Below are positions 57,925 to 64,000 of a DNA stretch of 64,000 nt, piece by piece. The DNA comes from a virus (taxonomy: Duplodnaviria; Caudoviricetes). Every line of letters begins with the position of its first letter. Position 1 is the stretch's first letter. A model generated the notes under the pieces. It saw nothing but the letters and a program-made list of their open reading frames with translations, was not told where the DNA came from and searched no databases. The stretch lies in IMG/VR virus record IMGVR_UViG_3300022407_004352, positions 1 to 64,000 of that record. One strand, 5' to 3'. The translations under genes and the position numbers were made by a program.

Positions 57925-58400
57925 TTGAGTTTAAGATGGAAGGTAATTGGTCAGTACCCGGGGATGCTCTGCGGAATTTACCAAAAACCCTAAAGAGTGC
58001 TGGAAGGGAGGCTCAAAAAAAGACTGCTGAGAAGATTGTAAAGATTGCCAAAAGACACATTGATAAACAGGACTTAGGTTGGAAGCCTCGATCCGAAAGA
58101 ACCAACTCAGCGGATAGTAGAGTTCTAGTAGATACGGAAGCATACTACAGATCAATTAAGGCCTGGAAACAAGGGGATTCTTATCTAGCGGGAGTTCCAT
58201 TAGGAGCTACTAACTCAAAAGGAGTTCCCATTATTATTTATGCCTTAGCTCATGAGTATGGATACAAGGTACCAAGACGACCCTTATGGGGACCTACCTA
58301 TAAGGAGATTGGGGGTAGAAAAGGAGTGAAGGATATAATAAAATTAGCCGTAGCTAAAAAACTATTATCATTGAAACGAAAAGGTTTTAAAATAACATGA
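57921..58400 (+). CDS. neck/tail completion protein (HK97 gp10-like)
   Basis: LVDTEAYYRSI...AHEYG..VPRRPLW. Confidence 0.65.
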   Translation: MIEFKMEGNWSVPGDALRNLPKTLKSAGREAQKKTAEKIVKIAKRHIDKQDLGWKPRSERTNSADSRVLVDTEAYYRSIKAWKQGDSYLAGVPLGATNSKGVPIIIYALAHEYGYKVPRRPLWGPTYKEIGGRKGVKDIIKLAVAKKLLSLKRKGFKIT

Positions 58401-59119
58401 GACCCTTAAGTAATATACAGGAAAGAGTTGAAAGAAGTCTAGAGTATGCTCTATATATGGCCCTTGTGACCAATGGGTATACTCCGGATCGTCAGTTGTA
58501 TGCCAATGATCCTGTGGGGTATGACACTGCAGTAAAAGCTGTAAAAACCGATAAGGGTTTTCATATAGAACTTTTTGGACATGGGGTATCACATGACCGG
58601 GATGTTAAAAAATTACCCCGTATAGTTATTAATGGGAGAGGTTTCTACCCGGGTGATACGGGAAATGAATTTGCCCCTACTTACAAAGCTCAGGCTGGTT
58701 ACTATGTAAAGCAGAGAGAAGGTTTCATGTATTCCAACTATCGCTTTGAGATAACTATCCTATCTAATTCTACTTCACAGGATCGAATATTAGAAGCTGT
58801 AAGACAAGCTGTAATGCCTAACTTGGGGTATATTACTATGTATGATAACCCTAAAGAATGTTTCTTGGTGGAGTATGGATTCATGAGACAAAACCCCGAT
58901 CTAATACAGGGGATGATTGAGAAAACCTATACTTACGAAGCCAAGGATATTAAAGAACAGGAGCCCGCTGAACTGGATGGAATTGGACCAATTGCTAAGC
59001 TCAAGGAAATTACTATCCGTGAGGGTAATGAGGCCGATTTAATTAAGAAGAATAGCCTAGTACTAGGGGTAACGGAAAGCAGTTCTATATCGGACATTGA
59101 AAATACAATACTAAATTAG
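58397..59119 (+). CDS. tail terminator-like protein
   Basis: Immediately before sheath. Confidence 0.55.
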   Translation: MRPLSNIQERVERSLEYALYMALVTNGYTPDRQLYANDPVGYDTAVKAVKTDKGFHIELFGHGVSHDRDVKKLPRIVINGRGFYPGDTGNEFAPTYKAQAGYYVKQREGFMYSNYRFEITILSNSTSQDRILEAVRQAVMPNLGYITMYDNPKECFLVEYGFMRQNPDLIQGMIEKTYTYEAKDIKEQEPAELDGIGPIAKLKEITIREGNEADLIKKNSLVLGVTESSSISDIENTILN

Positions 59120-59146
59120 TTTTTTATTAATTAAAATCTGAATATC

Positions 59147-60718
59147 ATGCCCAACGCAGCACAGTTTCAATTTCAGGAAATCGACCAATCCTTTTTCGTT
59201 GCCTCTAAGATTAGGGGCTTAGCTGCAGTAGCAGTAAGAACGAAGAGGGGCCCTTATGGAGTAACCGATGAGGTTATGACTTCCTGGCCACAGTTCAAAA
59301 AAATATATGGTGGGGAAATATCCACTTATGATGATCCCACACTAGTAAAACGGGCTTTAGCTCGGGGAGCTATTTTGAGGATCAATAAGATTGGACACTA
59401 TACAACCATCGGTAACCCGGCAACTTTGGATGCTGTTAAAGCAGCACTGGATGCAACGGGGCCCAATGATTTTGGTTATGATGCTGCAGTACCTTGTTTC
59501 AATCTAGTAATTAAAAATGCTGGAGCGGATTATAACAAAGTTACTTGCGCTATTGCTAATGCATCCAACGGGGATACCAACTCATTCAATGTAACGGTTA
59601 CTCATTCGGAAGATACCGAGCTCAATGAACTCTATGAGAACCTAAAGATCGTGGGAGCTCCCACAGTAGCGGATTCCAATTATGCAAAAGTAATTGCAGA
59701 AGGCTCTAATTTAGTTAATGTGGTTTACTCAGATTTATCAGGAGCAGGAGCAGGACCACACAGACCCGATAATGGAAGTTGGAATATGGTGGGGGGTACT
59801 GATGGAGGTACTATAGTAGATACCGACTGGATTGGTGACTCAGGAGCAAAGAATGGAGTTTATGCATTGGATCGTTTTGATGACTTTGAGGCTTTTGGAG
59901 CCCTGGGTAATGATGCTGCTGCTACTCTTACTGCTTATGGAAACTATGCTAAGAACCGAGAGGACTGCGTAGCTTTTCTGCACTTAGCAAATAGCAATAA
60001 CACAGTAGCTACTCTGCAATCCGCAAGAACTGCTACCAACTTGGATACTAGATTCTGTGCTTTCTTCAGTGGAGGTTTGAGAATCAACCACCCCATCACT
60101 CCGGGTACTACTAAAGATATTTCAGAACTGGGGGATGTGATAGGAGCTGCTATGAAATCCTCAGCTGAGTATGGGGAATGGTATTCCTTTGCCGGTGCAC
60201 AAAGGGGCTTTATTGATAATGCTCTAACTGTAGTAAATAACTTTACTGCCATAGCTGATCAGAATCTTTTAGCTCAACGGGGCATTAACTCAGTGGTTGC
60301 GAAGAATGGGCAAATTATTATTAAGGGTAACTTTACTGGTCAATTAGCTTCCTCTCGTAAATCTTACTTAAATGTAGTGAAGTTACTTATCTTCATCCGG
60401 AAGAGCTTATCACCTACATTTGATAAGTATTTGGAACAACCTAACGACTTTAGAACTTTCAGAGAAATCTACAATGAGGTAGACCCATTCTTGTTAAGCT
60501 TGGTGGGTAATGACAAGAGAGCTCTAGTGGACTATGCCTGGAAAGGGGATCAGTTTGCTACTAAGGACGCAGACTTGGAAATCAATAACAGAGCGGATTT
60601 GGATCAGGGTAAATATACAGCGGAGCTTCACATGAAGGAGGTGGTATCTTTGCAAACCTTGATCGTAAAAATAATCTCTTCACCTTCGGGAACTTCTTTT
60701 GAAGATAACTTGAACTAA
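59147..60718 (+). CDS. contractile tail sheath protein
   Basis: RTKRGP, FAGAQRG, RGINSVV, YLNVVKLLIFI, EQPND. Confidence 0.9.
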   Translation: MPNAAQFQFQEIDQSFFVASKIRGLAAVAVRTKRGPYGVTDEVMTSWPQFKKIYGGEISTYDDPTLVKRALARGAILRINKIGHYTTIGNPATLDAVKAALDATGPNDFGYDAAVPCFNLVIKNAGADYNKVTCAIANASNGDTNSFNVTVTHSEDTELNELYENLKIVGAPTVADSNYAKVIAEGSNLVNVVYSDLSGAGAGPHRPDNGSWNMVGGTDGGTIVDTDWIGDSGAKNGVYALDRFDDFEAFGALGNDAAATLTAYGNYAKNREDCVAFLHLANSNNTVATLQSARTATNLDTRFCAFFSGGLRINHPITPGTTKDISELGDVIGAAMKSSAEYGEWYSFAGAQRGFIDNALTVVNNFTAIADQNLLAQRGINSVVAKNGQIIIKGNFTGQLASSRKSYLNVVKLLIFIRKSLSPTFDKYLEQPNDFRTFREIYNEVDPFLLSLVGNDKRALVDYAWKGDQFATKDADLEINNRADLDQGKYTAELHMKEVVSLQTLIVKIISSPSGTSFEDNLN

Positions 60719-60745
60719 TTCATAAAACCCTTTTAAAGCGAAGAT

Positions 60746-61201
60746 ATGGCACAAATTTCAAACCCCCATAAAAAGTTTCAATTCTCGGTATTCATCTTTG
60801 GTATGAATCCTTTCCTAGCCCAAAAGGTTACGGTAGCGGATCGGGAGATTGAGGCAGTAGAACATGGTGAAGGTAACCACCTTATCAAAACTGCTGGAAT
60901 GGTAAAGATAGGAGACCTGAAAGTTGAGAAACTTTTGAACGGCTCATCACCGGATCGTTTATTTTGGGACTGGATTGCCCTGATTCAAAACGAAGTAACC
61001 GGGGGTGGAACCATACCGGAAGTTTACAAGAAGGCTGTTCAAATCCAACTTCTAGCAACCGATGGAGTAACCCCAATCAGAACTTGGAACTACATTGGTA
61101 TCTGGCCTAAGAAGATCAACGGGCTTGAGCTTGACCGGGTCTCTTCTGATAATACCATGGAGGTGGTTGAGTTCTCCATAGATCAAGAAATCTACGTATA
61201 G
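60746..61201 (+). CDS. tail tube protein
   Basis: KFQFSV, IKTAGMVKIGDL, WNYIGIWPKKI, T4 gp19-like. Confidence 0.85.
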   Translation: MAQISNPHKKFQFSVFIFGMNPFLAQKVTVADREIEAVEHGEGNHLIKTAGMVKIGDLKVEKLLNGSSPDRLFWDWIALIQNEVTGGGTIPEVYKKAVQIQLLATDGVTPIRTWNYIGIWPKKINGLELDRVSSDNTMEVVEFSIDQEIYV

Positions 61202-61232
61202 AACAAAAGCTTTAAACTGGGGGACTATTAAG

Positions 61233-61263
61233 AAGAGCTGAGGAAAATTCCTTGGCTCTTTTT
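61233..61263 (+). terminator. intrinsic terminator after tube gene
   Basis: AAGAGCTGAGG / CCTTGGCTCTT + TTT. Confidence 0.75.
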
Positions 61264-61286
61264 GTTTAACCCAAATTTAAACCATT

Positions 61287-62078
61287 ATGCAAAGTAAGTC
61301 AATCAATGAACTCGACATGTTTAAGTCGGGACCAACCGAAACCTTCATTACCCCATCCGGACAGGAGCTCACTATCCGTGAACGAAATGGCGATGATGAG
61401 GACATTCTTTCAAGAGTTCGGGATAACAAGGATGGCACAGCAGTAAATAAGTTTGTAGCAGCCATCAGTGTTAATCCAAAATTAACTGAGTTGGAAGTAA
61501 AGCAGCTTCCAGTAAGGGACAAGTACTATACAGTGCTTAAGTCAAGAATTCAAAGCCTGGGAAACATTCTAACATTTCCACATATCTTTGAGAAAGGAGA
61601 TAAGACCCCAGTATCCTTTGATGTTGATCTATCGGAATACCTTTGGGATTTTTCAAACCCCGAATTTCCTAAGCCTGGGGATGCGAATTATTTTCAATAC
61701 CGATGCAAACCATACCCTAAGGAAATCGCTACAAACCCGGAGTTTGAATTTGTCCTCTCTAGTGGAAAAATAGTGAAGATGAAATATCTTACTGGAGTGG
61801 GGGAATCTAAAGCACTAGGAAAGAACTATAATGATCTGACGATCAATGATCGCTTCCGTCTGCGGGATTTTAAACTGAAAGGAAATAGCGGAGAATGGAT
61901 ACCTATGGAAAACTTCAAGATATTCACAGCCCGAGAGCTAACGGAGATGAGGGTTAGAGTAGAGGAGTTTGATGCACCATTTGAAATGCTCCATGACCTA
62001 ACTAGTCCCGCCACGGGATTGACAGAAACAATTAGCCTAATACAGTTGGAAAGTTTTTTCTTCCCGATGACCCTTTAG
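61287..62078 (+). CDS. tail assembly chaperone (G)
   Basis: TPSGQELTIRERNGDDEDIL; between tube and TMP. Confidence 0.75.
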   Translation: MQSKSINELDMFKSGPTETFITPSGQELTIRERNGDDEDILSRVRDNKDGTAVNKFVAAISVNPKLTELEVKQLPVRDKYYTVLKSRIQSLGNILTFPHIFEKGDKTPVSFDVDLSEYLWDFSNPEFPKPGDANYFQYRCKPYPKEIATNPEFEFVLSSGKIVKMKYLTGVGESKALGKNYNDLTINDRFRLRDFKLKGNSGEWIPMENFKIFTARELTEMRVRVEEFDAPFEMLHDLTSPATGLTETISLIQLESFFFPMTL

Positions 62079-62236
62079 AAGAGCAGCTAATGTCTTTAGA
62101 GGGTCAGTATTTTTATGTATGCCAGGCTAAGTTTAATTTTTCAGAGCAGGAATTCAGAAGCCTACCTTATAGCAGAAGGTTAAGGTACATAAAGATAGCA
62201 TCGGATTATTTTGAATTAAAAAACAAAACACAATGA
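62054..62236 (+). CDS. tail assembly chaperone GT extension via -1 frameshift
   Basis: T TTT TTC slippery site 62054-62060; -1 frame open to TGA 62236 with EFRSLPYSRRLRYI. Confidence 0.7.
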   Translation, partial: FFLPDDPLEEQLMSLEGQYFYVCQAKFNFSEQEFRSLPYSRRLRYIKIASDYFELKNKTQ

Positions 62237-64000
62237 TAAGTATCGGATCGAGTACTATGGGCATAGGCTTAGCGATTCACCTAAGGGATAACTTTAGTTC
62301 GAGAGCTCGTACTATAAGTAGAGAATTCGATAACTTATATGGAAATGCGAGAAGAGCTCAGGATGCTAACCTTAGAGCTGCTAGAAATATCTCTGCTGGA
62401 GTAGCAATAGCAGGAGTAATGGGTGTAAAAGGAATAGCCAACATGTATAAGACTGCTGCTGACTACGACTTCATCATGCGTACCATAAAGGTACTAACGG
62501 GAGCTACTGCTCAGCAGTTTAGTATGTTAGATGCTACAATCACGGATTTGGGTACAAACTCAATCTACACTATTAATGAAGTTGCATCCGCAATGGAGTA
62601 TCTAGTAAGATCGGGATTCTCAATGAATCAAGGTCTACAGGCATTACCCGGAATTGTAAACCTAGGAGCTGCCGCAGGTGGTGCTACTATAGGTGGTAAA
62701 GGGGGCATAGGAGATATTCTAGCCTCTATTATGCATGAGTTTAATCTAGCTGCACCCCAAGCTACTCAAGTAGCTAACGTATTAGCTAAGGCTGCAAATA
62801 CTTCGGCATCCGATGTAACGGATTTGGGACAAGCTTTAAAGTATACAGCGGGTAATGCCCACAAGTTAGGGTTTAGTTTAGAAGAAACTCTGGCTATGCT
62901 CACTACATTATCAAATGCCGGATTAAAAGGGGGTGTAGCAGGTCGTGGAACTAATGCTATGCTATCATATCTTGCCAGAGCTGCATCCTCATTCCGAACC
63001 GGAAGACAGGCGGATGCCTTTAAAGCAATGGGTCTAGGTATAGAAGAGATAGTAGATGGTTCTGGTAATTTAAAACCCATGATCCAAATACTCGATGTCT
63101 TTGGTAAGAAACTTCAAAAAATGAGTACCATTGAAGCTTCCGGTGCATTATCCGCATTATTTATGATGAGGGGTGAAAGAACCATGATTCCTTTACTGGA
63201 GAAATCCATAAAGATCGGTTACAACTTTGCGGATTCCTATGAGGAGTTAATGAAGAGGAGTGATGGGTATGCCGAAAATATTGCTAATAACTTAATGGCT
63301 GGACCCAAAGGTTCAATCATGAGGATCACTGATACCGTTGTGGCATTTAAGAATACTGTAGGTAAGATACTCGAACCCTATGTGGAACCCCTGTTAAAAG
63401 GATTGATCAATGTGATACAGGGACTAATTGCCTTTGCTAAAACTCCTCTAGGCCATGCTTTCGTATTAGCTGCTACGGGTCTAAGCATAGCAGCAGCAGT
63501 AGGGGGAACTCTATTAGCTACTATGATTGCCATTAAATTAGCTACATTTGGGGGCATGGTTAGTATAGGAAACATGGGGAAAGCTATAGCTTGGGCCTGG
63601 AACTCTGCTGCCGCTGCGGCTATGAGATATGGCTTAGTATCAAGGGGAGTAACTCAGGTAGGACCCGGAGTAGTAGCTATTAAAGGGATGAAGGGTTTTC
63701 AGAAGGTAAGTCCGGGTATGCCAGGATTCTTTGGAGCAATGGGTGGAACTGCGGGGGGAGGTAAGGGACTATTGGGAGCTACCAGTAGATTGACCGGTCT
63801 ATTTGGGATATTGGGAAGAGCTTTAAAAGTAGTTACCGGACCAATAGGTTGGATAGGAACTATACTAGGAGCCTTGTTTGGCTTTAAGAATATTATTAAA
63901 TCCGTGATCTTTGGCCTAGGTATGTTTTTAAATTCCATACTATATGTAGTGGATGTACTAAGAGCTCTTGATCCTTTTGGATCAGCTACATTAGAGGATG
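62233..64000 (+). CDS. tape measure protein (3' truncated, absent from ORF track)
   Basis: ATG 62233 MISIGSSTMGIGLAIHLRDNFS..., Ala/Gly-rich TP901-type core (EETLAMLTTLSNAGLKGGVAGR), open to window end. Confidence 0.9.
   Translation, partial: MISIGSSTMGIGLAIHLRDNFSSRARTISREFDNLYGNARRAQDANLRAARNISAGVAIAGVMGVKGIANMYKTAADYDFIMRTIKVLTGATAQQFSMLDATITDLGTNSIYTINEVASAMEYLVRSGFSMNQGLQALPGIVNLGAAAGGATIGGKGGIGDILASIMHEFNLAAPQATQVANVLAKAANTSASDVTDLGQALKYTAGNAHKLGFSLEETLAMLTTLSNAGLKGGVAGRGTNAMLSYLARAASSFRTGRQADAFKAMGLGIEEIVDGSGNLKPMIQILDVFGKKLQKMSTIEASGALSALFMMRGERTMIPLLEKSIKIGYNFADSYEELMKRSDGYAENIANNLMAGPKGSIMRITDTVVAFKNTVGKILEPYVEPLLKGLINVIQGLIAFAKTPLGHAFVLAATGLSIAAAVGGTLLATMIAIKLATFGGMVSIGNMGKAIAWAWNSAAAAAMRYGLVSRGVTQVGPGVVAIKGMKGFQKVSPGMPGFFGAMGGTAGGGKGLLGATSRLTGLFGILGRALKVVTGPIGWIGTILGALFGFKNIIKSVIFGLGMFLNSILYVVDVLRALDPFGSATLED

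Noticed and set aside
62048-62053. Lambda-type GGAAAG slippery site
   Set aside because: It lies in the -1 frame rather than the zero frame; T TTT TTC is the correctly framed heptamer

Overview
A 64-kb piece of a large, AT-rich (roughly 37-39% GC by eye) lytic dsDNA myophage. The host is very probably a Bacteroidota member, based on TAnnTTTG -7 promoter boxes, A-rich leaders without Shine-Dalgarno sequences and an Hc1-like gene. Gene order loosely recalls Flandersviridae/Gubaphage-type phages, which I cannot verify. Layout: (1) 1-17.6 kb replication, recombination and nucleotide metabolism: primase end, SF2 helicase, dimeric dUTPase/dCTPase, TWO thymidylate-synthase-fold genes both with the dCMP-type Asp, dCMP deaminase, PolA, dNMP kinase, UvsY-like, SSB, RecA, 5'-3' exonuclease, SbcD/C, Holliday-junction resolvase, NusG-like and sigma-r4-like genes. 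(2) 17.6-37 kb about 55 small early/accessory genes in promoter-terminator cassettes, including a 63-Glu homopolymer protein, histone-like proteins and KTSC. (3) 35.3-38.0 kb a putative terminus/packaging region: TerS candidate, two GC-rich TGGCC-repeat blocks and a 784-bp stretch (37150-37933) with no AC and no GT dinucleotide at all, carrying two genes with no Thr or Val. (4) 38.2-43 kb a convergent minus-strand accessory operon. (5) 43-64 kb late genes: C5-cytosine methyltransferase, amidase endolysin, holin, TerL, portal, protease, capsid, fibre/neck genes, sheath, tube, frameshifted tail chaperone and the start of the tape measure. The strongest unexplained signals are the AC/GT-free island, the dual TS-fold cytosine-modification cluster and a window-wide excess of CCGG. 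No tRNA, CRISPR array, integrase, intron or stop-codon recoding was seen. All assignments come from motifs read by eye; no database search was run.
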